Source: Eubacteriales bacterium (GTDB taxonomy: Bacteria; Bacillota; Clostridia; Oscillospirales; CAG-272). From it: a stretch of 34,147 nt of DNA. Both the position numbers and the translations under genes were made by a program. The notes under the pieces are model-generated. The model ran no database searches. It had not been told where the DNA came from and saw only the letters and a program-made list of their open reading frames with translations. Shown here one piece after another: positions 1 through 8,152 of this stretch; the stretch's first letter is position 1; each line of letters starts with the position of its first letter. The DNA lies in assembly GCA_045547015.1 (NCBI GenBank), contig JAZQDY010000212.1, positions 1-34,147 on the forward strand, written 5' to 3'.

Positions 1-628
1 CCTTCATGATGGCGTCGTACATAACGTCATCCGGCACTTCGTCTGCACCTGCCTCGATCATAACCACTTTCTTTTCGGAAGCGGCAACGGTGAGGTCCAG
101 CGTGCTCTTGGCGCGCTGTGCGGTAGTGGGGTTCATAACGATGCCGTCTTCTTCGGTGAGACCTACGAACACGCCGCCGATGGGACCGTTCCACGGAATA
201 TCGGAGATGGAGAGGGCGATGGAAGCACCTACCATGGCAACGATTTCGGGAGAGCAGTCGTGGTCAACGGAAAGAACGGTCAGCGCAAGGTTTACGTCGT
301 TGCGCAGATCCTTCGGGAACAGCGGGCGGATGGGACGGTCGATCACACGGGCGGCAAGAATCGCCTTTTCGGAGGGACGGCCCTCGCGGCGGTTATAGCT
401 GCCGGGAATGCGGCCTACAGCGTACAGACGCTCTTCGTAGTCTACGGAGAGGGGCAGAAAATCGATGCCGTCACGGGGACGCTCAGAAGCGGTGGCACAG
501 CAGAGTACGGCGGTTTCGCCGTAGCGGACAAGGCAGGAGCCGTTGGCAAGGCCTGCCATTTTGCCGGTTTCTACTACGAGCGGCCGTCCGGCGAACTCGT
601 AGGAGAAAGTTCTGTAATTCTCAAACAT
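1..628 (-). CDS. pnp: polynucleotide phosphorylase (PNPase), N-terminal part; the gene runs off the left edge
   Basis: The reverse complement from the ATG at 628-626 reads [49 protein letters not shown], a typical PNPase N-terminus. The frame is open to position 1. The gene lies directly downstream of rpsO, as in most bacteria. It is missing from the ORF track because it is truncated. Confidence 0.85.
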   Translation of the reverse strand, partial: MFENYRTFSYEFAGRPLVVETGKMAGLANGSCLVRYGETAVLCCATASERPRDGIDFLPLSVDYEERLYAVGRIPGSYNRREGRPSEKAILAARVIDRPIRPLFPKDLRNDVNLALTVLSVDHDCSPEIVAMVGASIALSISDIPWNGPIGGVFVGLTEEDGIVMNPTTAQRAKSTLDLTVAASEKKVVMIEAGADEVPDDVMYDAIMK

Positions 629-860
629 GAAACGATACCAATCCTTAAAATTAAATATTTGCGGTAATAACACATCCGTCCGTGTTACCGCTGGGACACG
701 GAAGACGCACACGCCGAGGCGCGGTATCAGCCGGGCGGACATGGGGTTTAGCACTTAAAGAGATACCTGAGATTCAGGCACGTCTTTACGGGCTAAGCCT
801 TCGGTCCTTGCGCGGCTGAAATGTTTGCGGGGAGCCGGGAAAAACAAAAATCGGATTCCT
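629..860 (-). promoter_or_regulatory. pnp 5' leader between the rpsO terminator and the pnp start; contains a long imperfect hairpin
   Basis: About 230 nt of non-coding sequence. On the minus strand GCGGTAACAC...GTGTTA(TT)ACCGC can pair just upstream of the pnp SD. PNPase leaders are known autoregulatory targets in other bacteria. The function here is inferred only. Confidence 0.3.
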
Positions 861-910
861 AAAAAACAAGCTGCGTCACGCTGCCGAAAAAAACAGCCTG
901 CCGCAGCTTG
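861..910 (-). terminator. intrinsic terminator downstream of rpsO
   Basis: On the minus strand, CAAGCTGCG (rc of 902-910) pairs with CGCAGCTTG (rc of 867-875) and is followed by TTTTTT (rc of 861-866). Confidence 0.6.
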
Positions 911-1000
911 TCGTTGCCGGAATCTTTTGCCGCTGTGCGGCGGAAATACGGCAGAAGGGACAAATCCCGCTTCAAAAAGGAATTCGGCGTGACGCCAAAA

Positions 1001-1264
1001 TTACTTTCTGATGCCCAGTTTCTCGATGATAGCGCGGTAACGCTCGATGTCTACCTTCTGGAGATAGCCAAGGAGGTTGCGGCGGTGACCAACCATCTTC
1101 AGAAGACCGCGGCGGCTGTGGTGATCCTTGTGGTTTTTCTTCAGATGCTCGTTCAGGCTGTTGATGCGGTAGGTCAGAACGGCGACCTGTACCTCGGGAG
1201 AACCGGTGTCACCCTCGTGGGTCTTGTACTGGTCAATGATCTGCTGCTTGATTTCCTTTTCCAT
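1001..1264 (-). CDS. rpsO: 30S ribosomal protein S15
   Basis: The 87-aa [90 protein letters not shown] is a full-length S15 sequence. Confidence 0.97.
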   Translation of the reverse strand: MEKEIKQQIIDQYKTHEGDTGSPEVQVAVLTYRINSLNEHLKKNHKDHHSRRGLLKMVGHRRNLLGYLQKVDIERYRAIIEKLGIRK

Positions 1265-1426
1265 GATTTCACCTCAAAAAATAATGTATCACACCGCATA
1301 ACTCAGGAAGCGGCGGGTGAAAGCGTTCCGTTCAGAAACCTTTTATCCGCAACCCGGGTCGGCGGCACAACCGTAAATAATTATAGCACACTTTCTCCGG
1401 TTTGTAAATAGGGGTTCGACACAATT

Positions 1427-1813
1427 TTATAAAATATTTTTTCTTTTTTTTGATCTGTTTTTGCCCCGCAGGAGAGAAACCGTGCCGGAGATCACAAGCA
1501 TGGCACCAAAAAGCCTGCGTACCAGCAGTTCGGGCAGAAGAAGTGCCGCGTACGTTCCGGGTATGGCACCCAGCAGTCCTGCGGCTGCGGTCAAGGCAAT
1601 GACAGGGAAGGAAAGCCGCCGTTTCTGTACGTGCCACAGCATGGACGCACCGGAGGAAAACAGAAAGAATGCAAGATTGATCCCCTGGGCGCGGATCTGA
1701 GGAATGTCCGCGAATACGGTCAGGAAAACGACCAAAAGTCCTCCGCTGCCCACGCCCATGCCGCTGAGCATGGCGATAAGAAACGCGGCGGCAATTACGA
1801 TCAGCATATGCAT
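1427..1813 (-). CDS. TauE/SafE (DUF81, TSUP) family membrane protein, half-size, second of an adjacent pair
   Basis: The hydrophobic ORF carries the GxGGG-like motif (MLSGMGVGSGGLLVVFL) typical of TauE repeats. I trimmed the start to the ATG at 1813 (MHMLIVIAAAF). It lies 8 nt after the stop of the upstream half, and GGTGAG sits just upstream. Confidence 0.7.
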   Translation of the reverse strand: MHMLIVIAAAFLIAMLSGMGVGSGGLLVVFLTVFADIPQIRAQGINLAFFLFSSGASMLWHVQKRRLSFPVIALTAAAGLLGAIPGTYAALLLPELLVRRLFGAMLVISGTVSLLRGKNRSKKRKNIL

Positions 1814-1821
1814 CGGCAGCC

Positions 1822-2217
1822 TCACCGCAGAAGCATGCGGATGCCGGAATAGATCACCAGAACCGCAAACAGCTTTTTCAGAAGATTCGTATTGATTCGG
1901 GAAAGCAGCCATGCACCCGCCGCACCTCCCAGAACGGCTGGAAGAATCAGCGGTGTGACGGCGGAAAAATCCATCCGTCCGTCGGATGCGTACAAAATGG
2001 CGGAAAATAACGTTACCGGCAGAACGGCGGCGATGGTAGCGGCGAAATTGTCTCTGACACCCTCCGGGGATTTGTCCGGATTCATGGCAGAAAGAGCAAA
2101 GACGAGAAGAATGCCGCCGCCTGCGCCCAGAAGTCCGTTGAGAAATCCTGCCGCTGTACCGGCGGTGAGAAGAAGAAAGAACCGTGTTCTGGCACGGCGG
2201 CTTACGGTGATCTGCAA
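1822..2217 (-). CDS. TauE/SafE (DUF81, TSUP) family membrane protein, half-size, first of an adjacent pair
   Basis: The 131-aa ORF has the motif FLNGLLGAGGGILLVF and about 4 predicted TM segments. Confidence 0.75.
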   Translation of the reverse strand: MQITVSRRARTRFFLLLTAGTAAGFLNGLLGAGGGILLVFALSAMNPDKSPEGVRDNFAATIAAVLPVTLFSAILYASDGRMDFSAVTPLILPAVLGGAAGAWLLSRINTNLLKKLFAVLVIYSGIRMLLR

Positions 2218-2474
2218 GATGAAATCCTCCTTATTTTTCGGTTTCCCGTCGCTTTTGCTGTGAAAAACGGGTATTTTGCCTGTTTTTTTTCTTCCGGACG
2301 CAACTATGTTTGCGGTAACCCTTGTTTTTTTCTCAAAATTCTGCTATCATATATAATGGTGTGTACCGACAGGATGCGTACGGTGATACTATGCACCGCA
2401 CGCGCTCGGTTCATACATGCTTAAACCCGGGAAAGAGAGGAAACATCCGTCCGTCCGGACGGAGTAAAAATAGA

Positions 2475-5243
2475 ATGGCTGCAAAAAAATCGGAAACCGG
2501 AAAACAAACCGGCGGAAAAATCTACAAAAAAACGCCGGTGAAAAAAGCACCTTCGAAAAAAGGTGCCAAAGAATCGGCAAAACGGGAAAAGAAGGAATCA
2601 GCAATCAAGGCACCCGCCGGTCTTCTCGGGCAGATTCTGCCTTTTGTGGTTCTCGTAGTGGGAATCTGTTTGTGCGTTTGCCTGCTTCTCACGGATGCGG
2701 GCGTGGTGGGCAATTTTATCCGCAATACCCTTTTTGGGCTGTTTGCCGGTGCAGCATATACGCTGCCTCTGTATCTTCTTCTGGCAGCAGTTTTGTGGCG
2801 TGCAGACAAGGAAAACGGCGTTTTGCCCTGGAAAATTGTCTGCTATTCCGTAACGTTTCTGCTTACCACTATGCTGATGCATTTTCTGGCACACGGTGCG
2901 CCTACGTTCTCTGTAAAGACCCACTATACCGACGGACTTGCTCATATCGGCGGCGGTGTGGTAGGCGGCGTGCTTGGAGAATTGATGATGCGTGCTTTCC
3001 GGACGGAAGTGTCGCTGATTCTCCTGTTTGCGCTTTTGTTCCTGTTTATACTTCTGATGTTCGGTATAACGCCCCGGGGGCTGTGGATTCTTCTGGCGTA
3101 TAAGATCAAGATGTACCGGGAGAAGGTGGAGCTTTCCCGTAAGGCTTCTTTTGAAGCTGCCGAGGCTGCCAAAGAACGGGCAAAGGCGAAATCGGCTTTT
3201 GTATATCCGGAGAATGAGCAGCAGAAGCTGGTTCCCATCCCGGATACCCCGGTGAAGGGACGGCGGAATAAGCCTCTTGATATGGATCTGGATACGGATG
3301 ATGACGATGAAGAGCCGGCAACGGTGGTTGCGCCCGCAGAATCTTCTGCGCCTGCCGGTGCGGCAGACGGTACGGTGGATGAGAAAATCTTCGACGAGGT
3401 GATGCGCCGCACACAGGAGCGTCTGGCGCTGAGCGGTACGGCGGATGAAGTGCAGACTGCGGAGGAGGACGATCTCCCCTGGGATGAGACGCTTACGCCG
3501 GAACGTACATCGGCGGATATTATGGATGGGGATTCTCTCAATCGCATGGAAGAGGAAGAATTGGATCTTTCTGCCATCTTTACGGAGCCTTCCGGAGAGG
3601 ATCTGTTCAGCCGTTTTGAAAAGAATAACGACCGCGATGCCGGCGACGGCGCGGCAGATATGGATATTGAGCTGTCCGTGGAGCGGAAAACACTGACAGA
3701 GATCCGTACGCCGGCGGAACAGCCTGCTGCACTTTCTGCAGAGACGCCGGAGACTGAGCCGGAGTACCGTTTCCCGCCCATTCATCTTCTGACGGAGGAT
3801 GCCAACGTGAAGGATGAGAACGTGGCGGAGGAGCTTCGGGAAAATGCCGCCCGTCTGGTGGAGACGCTGAAAAACTTCAACGTGAGAACCAAGATTGTGG
3901 ATGTGTGCCGCGGTCCTACCATCACCCGCTACGAGCTGGCACCCGAGCCGGGCACCAAAGTGCGCTCTATTGCCAATCTGGTGGACGATATTGCGCTGAA
4001 TCTTGCCACTTCCGGCGTTCGGTTTGAACCGTCGATTCCGGGTAAATCTGCCGTGGGTATTGAGGTTCCCAACAAAAATGCCATGACGGTGCATCTCAGA
4101 ACGCTTCTGGAAAACCCGCGGTTCGGTTCATCCAAGAGCCGGCTGACGGCGGCTCTCGGCCAGGACGTTGCCGGTGCGGACGTATTCCTCGACGTGGCGA
4201 AGATGCCCCATCTGCTGATTGCCGGTGCCACCGGTCAGGGTAAATCCGTATGCATCAACAGCCTGATCGTCAGCCTTCTTTATAAGGCGAAGCCGGACGA
4301 GCTGAAGTTTATCATGGTGGACCCGAAAAAAGTGGAACTGAACATCTACAACGGCATCCCCCATTTGTATATGCCCGTAATCAGTGATCCGAAAAAAGCC
4401 GCCGGTGCGCTGTCCTGGGCAGTATCCGAAATGGAGCGCCGCTACAGCCTCATTGAGGAAGTGGGGGTGCGTGATCTGAAATCCTACAACGAGATCACAA
4501 AAGACGATCCCCAGTATGAATTTTTGCCCCAGTTTGTGATTATCATCGATGAGCTGGCGGATCTGATGATGGTGGCGAAAAACGACGTGGAGAGCCCTAT
4601 CTGCCGTATCGCGCAGAAGGCCCGCGCCGCCGGTATGCATCTGATTATCGGTACCCAGCGTCCGTCTGTGGATGTTATCACCGGTTTGATTAAGGCGAAT
4701 TTCCCCTCCCGTATTTCTTTCCGTGTGTCTCAGTTGGTGGACTCCCGTACGATCATTGACCGTGCCGGCGCGGAATCTCTCGTGGGGCGCGGTGATATGC
4801 TGTACAGCCCGGTGGGCTCTCACGAGCCTATGCGCGTGCAGGGCGCGTTCGTCTCCGACGCGGAGGTGGAGAGCGTGGTGGAATTTATCAAGCTGAACAA
4901 CGGCGGTGCCGAGTACAACTCAACCGCCATTGCCGAAGTGGAGCGGAACGCCGCTTCTATCGGTACGGGTAAGAAAGACAGTGTGGGCGGCGACGAGGAG
5001 GACGGCGGTCTGGACGATGATCCCATGCTTCGTCCCGCGATTGAGCTGGCAGTGGAAAGCGGAAAGATTTCCACCTCGCTGATTCAGCGCCGGCTGTCGC
5101 TCGGCTATGGTCGTGCCGCCAAGCTGATCGACCGGATGGAGCAGTTGGGCTACGTCAGCGCACCGGAGGGACAGAAGCCCCGTGACGTACTGATTTCAAA
5201 AGAACAGTTCATGGAAATGGTTCTCAGAGACACAGATTCGTGA
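2475..5243 (+). CDS. ftsK: DNA translocase FtsK/SpoIIIE
   Basis: N-terminal TM segments are followed by an acidic or low-complexity linker. The motor domain has Walker A (LLIAGATGQGKS) and the IIIDELADLM Walker B region. The C-terminal gamma winged helix reads STSLIQRRLSLGYGRAAKLIDRMEQLGYVS. I chose the ATG at 2475, which is preceded by GGAG at 2461-2464. Confidence 0.93.
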   Translation: MAAKKSETGKQTGGKIYKKTPVKKAPSKKGAKESAKREKKESAIKAPAGLLGQILPFVVLVVGICLCVCLLLTDAGVVGNFIRNTLFGLFAGAAYTLPLYLLLAAVLWRADKENGVLPWKIVCYSVTFLLTTMLMHFLAHGAPTFSVKTHYTDGLAHIGGGVVGGVLGELMMRAFRTEVSLILLFALLFLFILLMFGITPRGLWILLAYKIKMYREKVELSRKASFEAAEAAKERAKAKSAFVYPENEQQKLVPIPDTPVKGRRNKPLDMDLDTDDDDEEPATVVAPAESSAPAGAADGTVDEKIFDEVMRRTQERLALSGTADEVQTAEEDDLPWDETLTPERTSADIMDGDSLNRMEEEELDLSAIFTEPSGEDLFSRFEKNNDRDAGDGAADMDIELSVERKTLTEIRTPAEQPAALSAETPETEPEYRFPPIHLLTEDANVKDENVAEELRENAARLVETLKNFNVRTKIVDVCRGPTITRYELAPEPGTKVRSIANLVDDIALNLATSGVRFEPSIPGKSAVGIEVPNKNAMTVHLRTLLENPRFGSSKSRLTAALGQDVAGADVFLDVAKMPHLLIAGATGQGKSVCINSLIVSLLYKAKPDELKFIMVDPKKVELNIYNGIPHLYMPVISDPKKAAGALSWAVSEMERRYSLIEEVGVRDLKSYNEITKDDPQYEFLPQFVIIIDELADLMMVAKNDVESPICRIAQKARAAGMHLIIGTQRPSVDVITGLIKANFPSRISFRVSQLVDSRTIIDRAGAESLVGRGDMLYSPVGSHEPMRVQGAFVSDAEVESVVEFIKLNNGGAEYNSTAIAEVERNAASIGTGKKDSVGGDEEDGGLDDDPMLRPAIELAVESGKISTSLIQRRLSLGYGRAAKLIDRMEQLGYVSAPEGQKPRDVLISKEQFMEMVLRDTDS

Positions 5244-5267
5244 TTTCGTAGTTTCAGGAGACAATTT

Positions 5268-5927
5268 ATGGGTAAACTGATTGTAATCGAAGGTCTGGAC
5301 GGCGCGGGAAAGGGAACCCAGAGCGCACGGCTGGTACAGTTCCTGAAAGAGCAGGGGAAAAAGGTACGACTTATCGATTTTCCCTGTTACAGCGAGGAAA
5401 GCTCCGTGCTTGTGCGGATGTATCTGGGAGGGAAACTCGGCAATTCTCCGGACGATACCAATGCGTATGCCGCGTCCATGTTTTTTGCTGCCGATCGCTA
5501 TGTGAGCTACAAAACGGATTGGCAAAAGGACTGTGACGATCCCGATACGGTGGTGATCGCCAACCGGTATACTACGGCGAACGCCTACCATCAGCTGGCA
5601 AAACTGCCGAAAGAGCAGTGGGAAGAATATCTTGGCTGGCTGTGGGATTTTGAGTTTTCCCGGTTGGGCCTTCCGATGCCGGATGCGGTAATCGCTCTGA
5701 CCATGCCGCCTAAGGTATCCCGTGCGCTTGTGGAAAAACGGTGCGCGGAGCAGGGAATCAAAAAGGATATTCACGAGGCGGATGATGCCTATCTCGCCCG
5801 GTGTTATGAGGCACTTTGCTTCGTGGGAGAACGAATGGGCTGGTCGCTGATCGACTGCTCGGACGGGATGGAAATCCTGCCCATCGGGGAAATCGAGAAA
5901 AAAATTCACAAAGCGCTTTCCCTTTAA
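5268..5927 (+). CDS. tmk: thymidylate kinase (dTMP kinase) family protein
   Basis: The P-loop start MGKLIVIEGLDGAGKGTQ and the overall length of about 219 aa match the Tmk/dNK fold. Specificity cannot be determined from sequence alone. Confidence 0.7.
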   Translation: MGKLIVIEGLDGAGKGTQSARLVQFLKEQGKKVRLIDFPCYSEESSVLVRMYLGGKLGNSPDDTNAYAASMFFAADRYVSYKTDWQKDCDDPDTVVIANRYTTANAYHQLAKLPKEQWEEYLGWLWDFEFSRLGLPMPDAVIALTMPPKVSRALVEKRCAEQGIKKDIHEADDAYLARCYEALCFVGERMGWSLIDCSDGMEILPIGEIEKKIHKALSL

Positions 5928-6039
5928 TGGGGAATGAAATGATTTGTATCCCGAAACCGGTGCCATACTGGATAGGGGCGGAACATTTAAAGACCCCGTG
6001 CGTCAAAGAATATACAGAAAATATAAGAGGAGACAGAAC

Positions 6040-6612
6040 ATGGAAGACAGAGTGGTGTACTTGTTTTTGGCGGACGGCTTTGAGGAAATCGAAGCCTTGA
6101 CTCCCGTGGATCTGCTGCGCCGTGCGGGTGTTCCCGTAACGACGGTGGGCGTAACGGGAAAAATGATCGTCGGAGCCCACGGTATTCCCGTAGCCGCCGA
6201 CGTGACCGGTGAGGAAGCGGCAAAAATGCTGGCAGACGGTATTCTCCCTCTGATGGTGATTCTGCCAGGCGGCATGCCCGGTGCGAAGAATCTGGATGCG
6301 TCTCCTTTGGTGGATTCGTTTATTGAAGCGGCTATGCGGGAGGATGCGTATCTTGCCGCCATTTGTGCCGCGCCCATGATTCTGGGAAAACGGGGGATTC
6401 TGTCCGGAAAAAGTGCAGTCTGCTATCCCGGTTTTGAGGAATATCTTGCCGGTGCCAAGGTGCAAAAGGAAGGCTGTGTCTGCGCCTGGGATGGGAAAGT
6501 GATTACCGGACAGGCTATGGGCGCCGCCACGGAATTTGCCCTTACGTTGGTAGAAGCACTGAAAGGAGAGAGCACGGCAAACGAACTCCGTGCCGCAATT
6601 TTGTACAGATGA
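6040..6612 (+). CDS. DJ-1/PfpI (ThiJ) family protein
   Basis: The sequence reads VYLFLADGFEEIEALTPVDLLRRAG...LPGGMPGAKNL...AAICAAP, with the nucleophile-elbow Cys. The start is trimmed to the ATG at 6040, after AAGAGGAG. Confidence 0.85.
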   Translation: MEDRVVYLFLADGFEEIEALTPVDLLRRAGVPVTTVGVTGKMIVGAHGIPVAADVTGEEAAKMLADGILPLMVILPGGMPGAKNLDASPLVDSFIEAAMREDAYLAAICAAPMILGKRGILSGKSAVCYPGFEEYLAGAKVQKEGCVCAWDGKVITGQAMGAATEFALTLVEALKGESTANELRAAILYR

Positions 6613-7202
6613 ACATGATCCGTAAACAGAAAGATGAGATCCGTGCGGAATATTCCGAAAAGCGGAAAGCCATGGATGCCGCGGAGAAGCAGCGGCGGGA
6701 TGAAGCCATCTGCCGGGCGGCCGTGTCTCTTGTGAGCTTTCGTTATGCGGAGTACGTACTGCTGTACGCCGCTACCGCCGGCGAAATCGATATCATGCCC
6801 ATCGCCGAAGAAGCATTGGCACGGGGCAAAAAAATTGCGTTTCCCCGGTGCGATAAGGAAACGCATACCATGCGGTATCACATTGTAACTTCTATTGACC
6901 AGATGTCTCCCGATGCATACAATATTCCGGAGCCGCCGGCGGATGCGCCCATCTACGATCCGAAAAACGATCTGGGCAGTGCCGTCTGCTTCGTACCCGG
7001 ATTGGTGTACGATAAGGCCGGCTATCGGCTGGGATACGGTAAAGGCTTTTACGACCGGTATCTGTCCGGCTTTTCCGGCTGTACCATCGGTGTAGTATAT
7101 GGGGATTACATTCTGCCCACTGTACCGCGCGGCAGATATGACGTGTCCGTCAATATCCTTCTTACAGAGAAGGGTGTGAGGATGACCGGGGCCGGCAAGT
7201 GA
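6609..7202 (+). CDS. 5-formyltetrahydrofolate cyclo-ligase
   Basis: The protein is 197 aa and has the family signature GYRLGYGKGFYDRYL near the C-terminus. Its start overlaps the upstream stop (ATGA). Confidence 0.85.
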   Translation: MNMIRKQKDEIRAEYSEKRKAMDAAEKQRRDEAICRAAVSLVSFRYAEYVLLYAATAGEIDIMPIAEEALARGKKIAFPRCDKETHTMRYHIVTSIDQMSPDAYNIPEPPADAPIYDPKNDLGSAVCFVPGLVYDKAGYRLGYGKGFYDRYLSGFSGCTIGVVYGDYILPTVPRGRYDVSVNILLTEKGVRMTGAGK

Positions 7203-8113
7203 GAGTAAAAGGCGTTTTTGCCGCACCGTTTTTGCTTACGGTGGTGCTGGCACTTTGGGCTGTCGCCGGATTTCTGGATGCCGATGCGCTGGGCGCGGGT
7301 GTGAGTCCGTATCTTTCGCTTGTTATTATGCAGTTTATCGTGTATGCACTGCCGTCGGTGTTTTTCTGCCGCCTGCGGGGGAAGGAGTATACGCCCCGCC
7401 TGCGGTTACGGCTTGTGAAGCCGGGACATATTTTTCTGCTTATTTCTGCTCTTACTGCGATTCTGGCGGGAAGTGCGCTTCTGAATCTCGGGGTGATTAC
7501 TCTGTTCCCCCAGGCGGATTTCGGAACTGCTGTCTCCCGGTACGGAAGTGCCGGCGGCGGGGATGCGGGCAGTATGCTGTACGTGCTTTTGGCTCTGTGC
7601 ATCCTGCCGGCACTGCTGGAGGAGTTTCTGTTCCGGGGAATTATCGTGGCAGAGTATGAATCGGTCAGTGTACCCACTGCTATCGTTTTGTCTGCGCTTC
7701 TTTTTGCACTGATGCATATGAACTACGCCCGGCTGCCTGCGTATTTTTTCAGCGGTGTCATGCTGTGCCTGACGCTGTATGCGTCCCGTTCGGTGCTTGC
7801 CCCCATGATCGTGCATGCCTGCAATAATGTGGCCGCTTTATTTCTGGACCGGTATTTGTATGCCGCCGTGCCGGAGATCGGAGAAAGAAGTGTTCTTCTC
7901 GTATTTATTCTTTTCTGCATTTTGTTTGTTTCTCTGATCTGCTTTACTTTGTCGGCACAGAATATTTATACGGCATACGGAATTACCAACACACCATCTC
8001 CGCATATACGAAAAAAGAAACGGGGGGAAACCGGCGGATTTTTCACCGCCGTGGGTGCGCCGCCGTTTGTGTTCCTGGTTGTGCTCTTTGTGATCTTCAC
8101 TGCGGTTTCGTGA
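7199..8113 (+). CDS. CPBP family intramembrane glutamic endopeptidase (CAAX protease / Abi family)
   Basis: This is a multi-TM protein with EEFLFRG (motif 1) and LFALMHM...HACNN (motifs 2 and 3). The start is GTG. Confidence 0.8.
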   Translation: MRVKGVFAAPFLLTVVLALWAVAGFLDADALGAGVSPYLSLVIMQFIVYALPSVFFCRLRGKEYTPRLRLRLVKPGHIFLLISALTAILAGSALLNLGVITLFPQADFGTAVSRYGSAGGGDAGSMLYVLLALCILPALLEEFLFRGIIVAEYESVSVPTAIVLSALLFALMHMNYARLPAYFFSGVMLCLTLYASRSVLAPMIVHACNNVAALFLDRYLYAAVPEIGERSVLLVFILFCILFVSLICFTLSAQNIYTAYGITNTPSPHIRKKKRGETGGFFTAVGAPPFVFLVVLFVIFTAVS

Positions 8114-8152
8114 AATTTGTACCGCATCATTCCCAGAAAGGGGATTTTTTGA

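Noticed and set aside
6-667. Two plus-strand ORFs (130 and 135 aa) at the left edge.
   Set aside because: The opposite strand encodes an unmistakable PNPase N-terminus starting at 628. The plus-strand ORFs are its antisense shadows.
2598-4094. A 498-aa ORF on the minus strand opposite ftsK, plus other overlapping ORFs between 2389 and 5074.
   Set aside because: It is a shadow ORF antisense to a confidently identified FtsK/SpoIIIE gene. It has an Arg/His/Cys-rich, low-complexity composition typical of antisense frames in GC-rich coding DNA, with no RBS and no recognisable motifs.
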